Shown: positions 1-7,666 of the stretch, one piece after another
Layout of the letters: every line of letters begins with the position of its first letter
Numbering within the stretch: position 1 is the stretch's first letter
Origin: Chitinophagales bacterium
Lineage (GTDB): Bacteria; Bacteroidota; Bacteroidia; Chitinophagales; UBA10324
Length of the DNA: 64,000 bases
Assembly (NCBI GenBank): GCA_025057275.1
Contig: JANWXQ010000070.1
Location: 26,986-90,985, forward strand
Direction of reading: 5' to 3'
The notes under the pieces: generated by a model
What the model saw: only the letters and a program-made list of their open reading frames with translations
Told to the model about the DNA's origin: nothing
Databases searched by the model: none
Translations under genes and position numbers: made by a program

Positions 1-963
1 CCCACGGAGTTCCCCAATCCGCGCATCAGCGTGGCGATCGTGGCCAAAAGCAAAGCCGATGAAGAAAAGCTCAGCACCGTGCTGGCCGAAGTGCATAAAG
101 AGGATCCCACCGTCATCGTAGAATACAGCCGCGAGGTGAAACAAATGCTGCTGCATGCCCAGGGAGAACTGCATCTGAATGCCGTTAAATGGCGGTTGGA
201 GCATGTGTACAAACTCAACGTGGAGTTTGAACGCATGAAAATTCCTTACCGCGAAACCATCCGCAAAGCAGCACAGACCACCTATCGCCACAAAAAGCAA
301 TCGGGAGGAGCCGGTCAGTTTGCCGAAGTGTCTATGATGATTGAGCCTTACCGCGAAGGGTATCAGGTGCCTGCCGATTTCACCCTGCGTGGCAAAGAAG
401 AAATTGACCTGGACTGGGGCGGCAAGCTGGTGTACCACAACTGCATCGTCGGCGGTGCTATTGATGCACGCTTCATGCCCTCTATTCTGAAGGGAATTAT
501 GGAGAAAATGCAGGAAGGCCCAACTACCGGATCGTATGTGCGCGACATCTGCGTGTACATCCACGATGGCAAAATGCACCCCGTGGATTCCAATGACACG
601 GCCTTCAAAATTGCCGGGGCTATGGCCTTCCGCGAATGCTTCCGGCAGGCCGATCCCAAGCTGCTGGAACCGGTTTACGATCTGGAAATTCTGGTTCCCG
701 AAGAACAGCTGGGCGACGTCATGGGCGACCTCAACACCCGCCGCGCCACCATCATGGGTATGGATTCCCAGAATACCTATTCCGTGATCCGCGCCCGCGC
801 CCCTTTGGCTGAACTGGACAAATACTCCAACACCCTTCGCTCACTGACTCAGGGCAAAGCCAGCTTCAAAATGAAATTTGCTGAGTATCAGCTGGTGCCC
901 GCAGAAATTCAAAAGAAGCTGGCTGAAGAGTATCAGAAATCACTGAAAGAAGAAGCTGCCTGA
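1..963 (+). CDS. Elongation factor G family protein, C-terminal part (5' end lies outside the window)
   Basis: Frame 1 is open from nt 1. The translation has EF-G domain IV/V-like blocks (YRHKKQSGGAGQFAEV, GGAIDARFMPSILKGI, DSNDTAFKIAGAMAFRE, LLEPVYDLEILVPEEQLGDVMGDLNTRRA). Confidence 0.85.
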   Translation, partial: PTEFPNPRISVAIVAKSKADEEKLSTVLAEVHKEDPTVIVEYSREVKQMLLHAQGELHLNAVKWRLEHVYKLNVEFERMKIPYRETIRKAAQTTYRHKKQSGGAGQFAEVSMMIEPYREGYQVPADFTLRGKEEIDLDWGGKLVYHNCIVGGAIDARFMPSILKGIMEKMQEGPTTGSYVRDICVYIHDGKMHPVDSNDTAFKIAGAMAFRECFRQADPKLLEPVYDLEILVPEEQLGDVMGDLNTRRATIMGMDSQNTYSVIRARAPLAELDKYSNTLRSLTQGKASFKMKFAEYQLVPAEIQKKLAEEYQKSLKEEAA

Positions 964-979
964 GCCATAGTTTTGCCGG

Positions 980-1546
980 GTGCAGCTTAAAGTCCGTTCC
1001 CGGAGTTTCTTACTCTCCCTTCCGGTTTGTTTCAGCCTGCTGATGCATTTATCAAACTGCGGACGCAATCAGGGTTATGTAGTGGTGGAAAATCCGCTGG
1101 AGCAATGGACCTATCAGGCAGATTCGTTGCCCGGTGCTTCAGACCTTGTAGATCTGTCGTGCCTTTTGTTTCGTGCCTTGCAGGGCCAGCTGGCTTTTGA
1201 TTCGCTGCGGCATTTTATTGCCGACTCTGCCATGGTCGTTCGCATGTATTTGGCTACCGGAAAGCAGGCCAGTCCGGCAGAGGCAGCACAGGTTGCCGAC
1301 AGTGCAGCGGCCCTGCTGTATCGCCAGTTTCTGGAAACCAGTAGTCAACCGGTGGTGTACCGCACTTCATGGGCTGAGGCTCATTTGGACAAGGTGCACT
1401 TGCTTGAACTGCCCGGTCAGCGGCTGCCCACGCAACGCATCATTCTGCAGGCTACAGCAGGTTCACGGACGCTGCGGGCTGGCGTCCTGTGTTTTCAGTT
1501 GGACAACCGCTGGTTTCTGGGCGAAGGGCTTCGCTTCGGTTCCTGA
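980..1546 (+). CDS. Hypothetical protein, possible lipoprotein
   Basis: 188-codon ORF with a GTG start. The N-terminus ...FLLSLPVCFSLLMHLSNC resembles a lipoprotein signal. No family recognised. The competing overlapping ORF 1173..1613 has junk-like composition. Confidence 0.5.
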   Translation: MQLKVRSRSFLLSLPVCFSLLMHLSNCGRNQGYVVVENPLEQWTYQADSLPGASDLVDLSCLLFRALQGQLAFDSLRHFIADSAMVVRMYLATGKQASPAEAAQVADSAAALLYRQFLETSSQPVVYRTSWAEAHLDKVHLLELPGQRLPTQRIILQATAGSRTLRAGVLCFQLDNRWFLGEGLRFGS

Positions 1547-1609
1547 AGTCAGGGTCAGCCTGAACGCTTCTTTGCCGCCACTTACCTTTGCGCCTCCGGT
1601 TCTGACCTC

Positions 1610-3289
1610 ATGAGCGATCAGAAGATCATTTTTTCCCTGCAGGGGGTGGGAAAGGCTATTCCTCCCTCGAATAAGTTAATTCTAAAAGACATTTACCTGT
1701 CGTTCTTCTACGGCGCCAAGATTGGTATCATCGGAGCCAATGGCAGCGGCAAATCCACTTTGCTCAAAATCATTGCCGGCCGCGACCCCGATTACATTGG
1801 CCGTATTCAGTACGAGCCCGGCTATTCGGTAGGTTTACTGGAACAGGAGCCGCAGTTGGACGATTCCAAAACCGTCAAGGAAGTGGTCAGCGAGGCGGTT
1901 CAGCCTGTGCTGAACCTGCTGCAGGAGTTTGAGTCCATCAGCAACCGATTCAGCGAGCCGATGGATGGAGATGAAATGGAACGGCTTACCGAACAACTGG
2001 GCGCCGTACAGGAAAAAATTGATGCCGTCGGTGGCTGGGAAATTGAAGCCACTTTGCAACGGGCCATGGATGCCCTGAATTGCCCTGACGGCGAAACGCC
2101 GGTGCGGGTGCTCAGTGGCGGCGAGCGTCGTCGTGTGGCCCTGTGCAGGCTGTTGCTTACCCAGCCCGATATTTTGTTGCTCGACGAGCCGACCAACCAT
2201 CTGGATGCTGAAAGCGTGCTGTGGCTGGAACAGCACCTGCAGCAGTATAAGGGCACGGTGATTGCCGTTACCCACGACCGTTATTTTCTGGACAACGTAG
2301 CCGGCTGGATTCTGGAGCTGGATCGTGGCGAAGGCATACCCTGGAAAGGCAACTACAGCTCCTGGCTGGAGCAAAAGCAACTGCGCCTGCAGCAGGAAGA
2401 AAAGGCTGCCAGTAAGCGACAAAAAGCTTTGCAGCGCGAGCTGGAGTGGATACGCATGAGCCCCAAGGCTCGTCAGGCTAAAGGCAAGGCGCGTTTAGCC
2501 AACTACGAACGCATGTTGCAGGAAGAAGTGCGGCAACAGGAAGAAAAACTGGAGCTCTACATTCCCCCCGGCCCGCGCCTCGGTAATAAGGTTATTGATG
2601 CCATCCAACTGTCCAAATCGTTCGGCGATACCCTGCTGTTTGAACAACTAAACTTCAGCCTGCCCCAAAACGGCATTGTCGGCGTTATCGGACCCAATGG
2701 CTGCGGAAAGACCACGCTGTTCCGTATGATAGTCGGGGAAGAAAAGCCCGACAGCGGCAGATTTGAGATAGGCGAAACCGTACGGATTGCGTATGTGGAC
2801 CAAATGCATGCGCAACTGAATCCAGAAAAGACGGTATGGGAGACCATCAGCGGCGGGAATGAATACGTTGAAGTAGGAAGCCATAAGATCAACTCGCGCG
2901 CCTATGTGGCCCGCTTCAATTTTTCCGGCACCGATCAGCAGAAAAAAATCGGCGTTTTGAGTGGCGGCGAGCGCAACCGCCTGCACCTGGCGCTCACCCT
3001 TCGGCAGGAAGCCAACGTCCTGCTGCTGGACGAGCCCACCAACGATCTGGATGTTCACACGTTAAGGGCTTTGGAAGAGGCTTTGGAAAATTATGCCGGC
3101 TGCGCCGTGATCATCTCGCACGACCGCTGGTTTCTGGATCGCGTGGCCACCCACATTCTGGCCTTTGAAGGAGAAGGTCAGGTTTATTGGTTTGAAGGAG
3201 GTTTTTCGGATTACGAAGAGAACAAGAAGAAGCGACTGGGAGATTCTGTGCCGCATCGCTTCCGTTACAAGAAGTTGCTTCAGCAATAG
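1610..3289 (+). CDS. ettA: ABC-F ATPase, energy-dependent translational throttle EttA
   Basis: 559 aa with two ABC cassettes (GANGSGKST / LSGGERRRVAL / LLLDEPTNHLD and GPNGCGKTT / LSGGERNRLHL / LLLDEPTNDLD). From memory it is collinear over nearly its full length with E. coli EttA (DRYFLDNVAGWILELDRGEGIPW, ISHDRWFLDR). Confidence 0.93.
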   Translation: MSDQKIIFSLQGVGKAIPPSNKLILKDIYLSFFYGAKIGIIGANGSGKSTLLKIIAGRDPDYIGRIQYEPGYSVGLLEQEPQLDDSKTVKEVVSEAVQPVLNLLQEFESISNRFSEPMDGDEMERLTEQLGAVQEKIDAVGGWEIEATLQRAMDALNCPDGETPVRVLSGGERRRVALCRLLLTQPDILLLDEPTNHLDAESVLWLEQHLQQYKGTVIAVTHDRYFLDNVAGWILELDRGEGIPWKGNYSSWLEQKQLRLQQEEKAASKRQKALQRELEWIRMSPKARQAKGKARLANYERMLQEEVRQQEEKLELYIPPGPRLGNKVIDAIQLSKSFGDTLLFEQLNFSLPQNGIVGVIGPNGCGKTTLFRMIVGEEKPDSGRFEIGETVRIAYVDQMHAQLNPEKTVWETISGGNEYVEVGSHKINSRAYVARFNFSGTDQQKKIGVLSGGERNRLHLALTLRQEANVLLLDEPTNDLDVHTLRALEEALENYAGCAVIISHDRWFLDRVATHILAFEGEGQVYWFEGGFSDYEENKKKRLGDSVPHRFRYKKLLQQ

Positions 3290-3318
3290 GCAACTCTTGT
3301 TCCTGCAAGGCGAAATTC

Positions 3319-3801
3319 CTACCGCTTTGGCTGACGTCTGCCGCTAATCGGCTGCACTACTTTGAATCCCTCATTTGGGCCACCCCGGACACTTATGGCG
3401 ATTTGACGCGCATCGGTCAAATACGGGAGCGAAACCAGAAGCATGGCTTCGGCAAGTGTATCTTTTGCGGGATTCGTTGAGCCGGCTGTTCGCACCTCCA
3501 ATGGGTTCGCCACCGAAATAGTATGAAGTTCCTTACCTATACTATCCAGCAAGGCAACGGAAATTTCACGATCCGGAATTATGTCTTCATTAGGAACTCC
3601 AACTGTCCAAAGCATATCCACTATTTCTATGGATGTAGGCGTGATTTTTAAGTGCGCCTGAAGAATTGAATCCGATGGACTCAGTGATAGCTCCGTTGGC
3701 ACTTTTTCAGGATCAACCCCCTCCCATCCGAATTGGTTTTCCCTGGAGGCCTTTTGTCCACAGGCCACGACCAGCCCCAACAACAGGAAGAGGCAAAACA
3801 T
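3319..3801 (-). CDS. Hypothetical lipoprotein (last gene of the four-gene module)
   Basis: The ORF track gives 3319..3840. The internal Met yields MFCLFLLLGLVVAC-GQ, a good lipobox signal. No family recognised. GC is lower than in the flanks. Confidence 0.55.
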   Translation of the reverse strand: MFCLFLLLGLVVACGQKASRENQFGWEGVDPEKVPTELSLSPSDSILQAHLKITPTSIEIVDMLWTVGVPNEDIIPDREISVALLDSIGKELHTISVANPLEVRTAGSTNPAKDTLAEAMLLVSLPYLTDARQIAISVRGGPNEGFKVVQPISGRRQPKR

Positions 3802-3852
3802 TTTGCCTAAGAGAGGTTGCAGACTATGCATGATGCACAATTATTTGGCGAG

Positions 3853-4935
3853 TTAAAGATTGCTATAAAACCAGTCAATGCGCGCGAGGCAGGTACGTTG
3901 AAATGACGGCATGCTGGCATCTCCGTCATCCCACATGATGCATTTCAGGCTTGCCGGTTCCGGGCGCCACCAACCCGATTGGATATTCTCGCAATCGGAT
4001 GCCGGCCAACCGTTGTTCGTGTTATACGTTTGACAGGACGAAAGCGAATTGTAGTTGTTATGATGTGGATTGGTGGAAGTGGAATGTCCTCCTCCGTTGT
4101 ATTCATCCTTCAGATTAAATGCTGCATGACCGCTTTCGTGAACTGCTGTACCGATATTGGTTGGTTCCGTTCCGAAGTTTCCTCCGGAAGCCCAATCTCT
4201 CAGGACGGTGGTATGAATTATGGCCGCATGATCAATGATGGATGAACTACTTACCGATCCGGGAATTTCCATACTGCGCGGCGAAGCATCAAAATCAGTG
4301 ATATTTCCCCGCTCGGGACTGTAATAGAACTGCCAGTATTTCTTTCCGCGTTTCACGCCGTTATTGATGTGGTATCCGTCGAAGATCAGCTTTTCCAGAT
4401 CGCCCAGCATAGCCCGCGCAGAGGCATAATCATCCCGGTCAGCAACGAAACACACGTCAATTCGCGATGCCGGAGCGCCGTTTCCAAGCAACGGAATCGG
4501 ACTCGTTCCAAACTGCCAGTCGCCTGCAGCAAACGACCAGGATTCGCAGGCCACATTGCCTTTCTTATCGGTAACCGAAAAAACATATGTAACATACGAA
4601 TGTGCCGGAAACCCGCCCTTCTTACAATAGCTTTCGTTAATGTCTTTCGGATGCATGGAATAACTCCATGTTTTTACCAGGCCCCATGTGCCGCCGTCGC
4701 GCTTGCGGGCCGACTGCATGCCCTTATCGCTGACATACGTTTCGTATTCATAGATATACAGTCGCGCCTCCTTGATGCAATCGGCATCGCTTGCCTTAAT
4801 TCTAAAATCTACCGCAACGTTGTTAGCAGGATGCAAAGGCGAGTGTCGCACGCCCATGTTGGTAGTGCAGGAAGTTACCATAAACGCAACAACAGGCAGC
4901 AAAACGATCCGTTCTGCCCTCCGGAGCCGAAACAT
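3853..4935 (-). CDS. M64-like zinc metallopeptidase lipoprotein (HExxH...DEY)
   Basis: The ORF is 3853..5046. The start is ambiguous (5046, 4986 or 4935); 4935 gives MFRLRRAERIVLLPVVAFMVTSC, a lipoprotein signal. The motif AVHESGHAAFNLKDEY (HESGH encoded at 4126-4140, DEY at 4101-4109) resembles the HExGHxxxxLxDEY signature of peptidase family M64 as I recall it. IDVCFVADRDDY resembles that family's N-terminal strand. Confidence 0.65.
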   Translation of the reverse strand: MFRLRRAERIVLLPVVAFMVTSCTTNMGVRHSPLHPANNVAVDFRIKASDADCIKEARLYIYEYETYVSDKGMQSARKRDGGTWGLVKTWSYSMHPKDINESYCKKGGFPAHSYVTYVFSVTDKKGNVACESWSFAAGDWQFGTSPIPLLGNGAPASRIDVCFVADRDDYASARAMLGDLEKLIFDGYHINNGVKRGKKYWQFYYSPERGNITDFDASPRSMEIPGSVSSSSIIDHAAIIHTTVLRDWASGGNFGTEPTNIGTAVHESGHAAFNLKDEYNGGGHSTSTNPHHNNYNSLSSCQTYNTNNGWPASDCENIQSGWWRPEPASLKCIMWDDGDASMPSFQRTCLARIDWFYSNL

Positions 4936-5067
4936 TTTCGAATAAGCTGATGCTTTTGAAAAATGAGCTTGTTGATTGATTTTCATAGAATAACAGTTAA
5001 TGCGCTTAAATGAAACTAAATCTGTACACATTACAATAGAGCTCAATCAATGTGAGCCTTACATTTA

Positions 5068-5487
5068 TTACGTTTCGCGTTGTGCTACCTGCGCCACTTC
5101 TTCCTCTGTGATTTCCGTTATCACAAAAACACACATCTTGCATGCATCACCTCCCCTCTGCAAAAACCACCTGCATTGCGGGCGAATGGAACACTTGGGC
5201 AGACTGGAAGAAGCATCCACCTTGTCAAGGTATTGAATTACCCTGTCTGCAACAGAGCATCCCTCACCATTCCATTGCCTGCAACCGTCTTTCACGCACT
5301 TATTGGTAAACCGAAACCGCTGTTCCGGCTTTAGCTTTGATGCGCTAACCGTTTGTATAAACCCGGCGTCAATCGGCAAAGGCGTGGGGAGTATAGCAAC
5401 GGTGCCGTCGTCCTGCCGGACACCTAAAAGTTGCGAGCCTTCCTTGCATCTTGCCGAAGGACAAAGGACGCTTTGCCCATCATCCAT
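5068..5487 (-). CDS. Cysteine-rich protein of unknown function (9 Cys, probable metal-binding)
   Basis: 139 aa with no signal peptide. Cys lie at positions 9, 14, 64, 69, 77, 99, 105, 116 and 119 (Cx4C, Cx4Cx7C, Cx5Cx10Cx2C), followed by an acidic C-terminal tail. The start codon lies 3 nt after the upstream gene's stop. Confidence 0.55.
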   Translation of the reverse strand: MDDGQSVLCPSARCKEGSQLLGVRQDDGTVAILPTPLPIDAGFIQTVSASKLKPEQRFRFTNKCVKDGCRQWNGEGCSVADRVIQYLDKVDASSSLPKCSIRPQCRWFLQRGGDACKMCVFVITEITEEEVAQVAQRET

Positions 5488-5490
5488 CTT

Positions 5491-5739
5491 TTATCGTATG
5501 TTAATCTCTTTGCCAATTTGCGGTGGAATGACCCCAAGCCTCCGGGCTATAATTCCATTGATTATTGGACCTTTGACTTTTGGGTTAACGGGGATTAAAA
5601 CAATCCTTGGAAGGTTGGTGCCACATTCCTCTGCCAGAACTCCGGTAACTGCTTTTTGGATAGCGGCATTGATGCTTTCCCTCTGTTTGGCTGTTAGCTT
5701 TAAGTCTCCCAGGTCCACGGTGAAAATGTTTTCTTTCAT
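5491..5739 (-). CDS. Small hypothetical protein (82 aa), first gene of the module
   Basis: The ORF track gives 5491..5838. The internal ATG at 5739 gives MKENIFTVDLGDLKLTAKQRESINAAIQKAV..., and the upstream extension is low-complexity. It is tightly coupled to the Cys-rich ORF. No family recognised. Confidence 0.45.
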   Translation of the reverse strand: MKENIFTVDLGDLKLTAKQRESINAAIQKAVTGVLAEECGTNLPRIVLIPVNPKVKGPIINGIIARRLGVIPPQIGKEINIR

Positions 5740-6028
5740 AGTTGTAAGTTTTAAGTGAAAAATGGCTTTTAGAGATTTAACCGGATCTTCATTTGATTCT
5801 TTATAGCTTATCAGAAAAAAATAACGTATTAGGCTCAAAGGTTAATAATACAGCCTGTATTTTAAAACTTTTTTATCAACATCTTATCCACATTATGCAC
5901 GCAGCTCTTCCGTCATATCCGCAACCTGCGGAAAGCTGAATGTTAGCGGTCATGCTATGACGACAGTGCGAACCTCAAAATGACTGCATAAAACTGACAG
6001 ATTAAAACAATAGAAAATAAATTAAGCG

Positions 6029-6508
6029 ATGACAAAAAGTAAGATAATGGAAATGAACAATGTCGGCATTGTTGTAAAATCTCTAGACGATGCAGTTTCA
6101 TTTTTCACCGAACTTGGACTAACACTTGAAGGACGAGCAAAGGTAGAAGGCGAATGGGCAGGACGAGTAACAGGACTCGGAAATCAGTCGGTAGAAATTG
6201 CCATGATGGTTACGCCAGACGGACACAGCCGACTTGAACTTTTACAATTTCTCTCTCCTCAAACTATTGCAGACCACAGGACGGCTCCGGTAAATTCTCT
6301 TGGTTATCTCCGTGTTATGTTTAGAGTTGACAATCTTAACGAGTTACTAACCCGACTTGCAAAACATGGTGCTGAAGTAGTTGGAGAAGTAGTGAACTAT
6401 GAGAACATTTATAAACTATGCTACATTCGTGGGATAGAGGGAATACTCATCGGTTTAGCAGAACAACTTGGTGATAAAACTGCGACAGATATTATAGAAA
6501 AACCTTGA
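6029..6508 (+). CDS. VOC (glyoxalase/bleomycin-resistance/dioxygenase) family protein
   Basis: 159 aa. The N-terminal pattern MNNVGIVVKSLDDAVSFFTELGL and the overall size are typical of VOC-fold proteins. The gene is AT-rich. Confidence 0.75.
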   Translation: MTKSKIMEMNNVGIVVKSLDDAVSFFTELGLTLEGRAKVEGEWAGRVTGLGNQSVEIAMMVTPDGHSRLELLQFLSPQTIADHRTAPVNSLGYLRVMFRVDNLNELLTRLAKHGAEVVGEVVNYENIYKLCYIRGIEGILIGLAEQLGDKTATDIIEKP

Positions 6509-6523
6509 CAGTTAAGAATAAAA

Positions 6524-7075
6524 ATGAGAAAAGTAATTGCAGCGACAAATATTACCATAGACGGAGTTTATGACCACACAGAGGGACTACCGGACGGAGA
6601 AATACATCAACACTACGCTGACCTTTTAGACAATGCAGGCGTTATACTTTATGGCAGGAAAACTTACGAACTAATGCAATACTGGCAGACAGTTTTAACA
6701 AACCCATCGGGCGACAAAACAGCGAACAAGTTCGCCATTGCAATAGACAGAATTCCGAAGATTGTTTTTTCACACACACTCAAGGACACGGGTTGGGACA
6801 GTGCAAAACTTGCAACTAAATCATTGGACGACTTGGTTAGAGATTTAAAGCAACAATCTGGAAAGGACATCTTTGTTGGTAGTCGGAGTTTAATAATGCA
6901 ACTTATGAACCTATATTTAATTGACGAATACCAACTTTGCATTCATCCTGTTGTTGCTGGTAAAGGTTCGCCCTTGTTTGACAATGTAAACGATAGGACT
7001 ATTCTCAAATTAACAAGGACTAAAACATTTTCTAACGGAGCAATAATACTTTATTACGAACCAACAGTAAAATGA
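6524..7075 (+). CDS. Dihydrofolate reductase family protein (RibD C-terminal-domain-like)
   Basis: 183 aa. MRKVIAATNITIDGV..., ILYGRKTYELM and a C-terminal ...KLTRTKTFSNGAIILYYEP fit the YwjB/RibD_C-like reductase family. The gene is AT-rich. Confidence 0.75.
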   Translation: MRKVIAATNITIDGVYDHTEGLPDGEIHQHYADLLDNAGVILYGRKTYELMQYWQTVLTNPSGDKTANKFAIAIDRIPKIVFSHTLKDTGWDSAKLATKSLDDLVRDLKQQSGKDIFVGSRSLIMQLMNLYLIDEYQLCIHPVVAGKGSPLFDNVNDRTILKLTRTKTFSNGAIILYYEPTVK

Positions 7076-7130
7076 CTGCAAGCATTGACCGATTCACCTT
7101 CGTGGACAGAATAGCACGAACCGCTAACAT

Positions 7131-7242
7131 GGGCTTAAACGAATGCGGGGGTGCAGTGCTTCGTTGGACAATTTTTCGCATATTTGAACTGTGGTGCTTC
7201 GTAGAAAGTGCAGTGCTTAAATGCCCCGCCTTCGTTAAGCCC
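7131..7242. repeat. Compound repeat: a roughly 20-bp imperfect inverted repeat enclosing reiterated GTGCAGTGCTT / GTGCTTCGT motifs
   Basis: GGGCTTAAACGAATGCGGGGG (7131-7151) is the near reverse complement of CCCCGCCTTCGTTAAGCCCC (7223-7242), with one bulge and one mismatch. Inside the arms, GTGCAGTGCTT occurs at 7151 and 7208, and GTGCTT at 7156, 7194 and 7213. Confidence 0.6.
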
Positions 7243-7368
7243 CGAACCGTTACCGCCTCCCGGTGGCTATACGGTTTATATCAAACATCGACATTTGCGA
7301 AGGCAAAAGATCCCGCATTTACTTTAGCAAGACAATTAAACTGTAGCAGGGGGCAGGTTAGGTTTTAT

Positions 7369-7554
7369 TTAATCTCCTTTCCCTGACTTTTTCATGGCCT
7401 GAATTTCATTGCGCACTTCGGACGCCATTTTTTTCAGCTGTTGCATGGCCTTGCGTAACCGGGTGCCGGCAGCGTTGTTGCCGTTTTCGTAAAACTTGCG
7501 GAAGTCGCCTTCCAGACTTTCCAGGTAGCTGCGCATTTCTTCTAAACGTTTCAT
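7369..7554 (-). CDS. Histone H1-like nucleoid protein Hc1
   Basis: 61 aa and lysine-rich. The block FRKFYENGNNAAGTRLRKAMQQLKKMASEVRNE matches the Bacteroidota/Chlamydia Hc1-type pattern (FxEKGNKAAGTRxRKAxQELK) as I recall it. Confidence 0.8.
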   Translation of the reverse strand: MKRLEEMRSYLESLEGDFRKFYENGNNAAGTRLRKAMQQLKKMASEVRNEIQAMKKSGKGD

Positions 7555-7666
7555 GGGTTGATTATTTTAAGCATTGTGGCTTCAAAATAGGCATTTTATT
7601 TTTTTCGGTACTTTTTAATGACTGAGCTTTGCCCGTAAGGGCCGGCTTGAGGCTTAAAAGTTCCTG

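Noticed and set aside
5911-5962. The inverted heptamers CGTCATA / TATGACG (5911-5917 and 5956-5962) and a CCGCA-ACC-TGCGG mini-hairpin, in the divergent promoter region between the four-gene module and the VOC gene.
   Set aside because: The arms are short enough to occur by chance in 190 nt of AT-rich DNA. I cannot argue significance without comparative data.
7072-7386. A 104-codon ORF starting on the DHFR-like stop (ATGA) and running into the 3' end of hc1.
   Set aside because: The translation is not protein-like. It is built over the inverted/direct repeat structure and overlaps hc1 antisense. I treat the region as non-coding (see the repeat finding), although the ATGA overlap means coding cannot be fully excluded.
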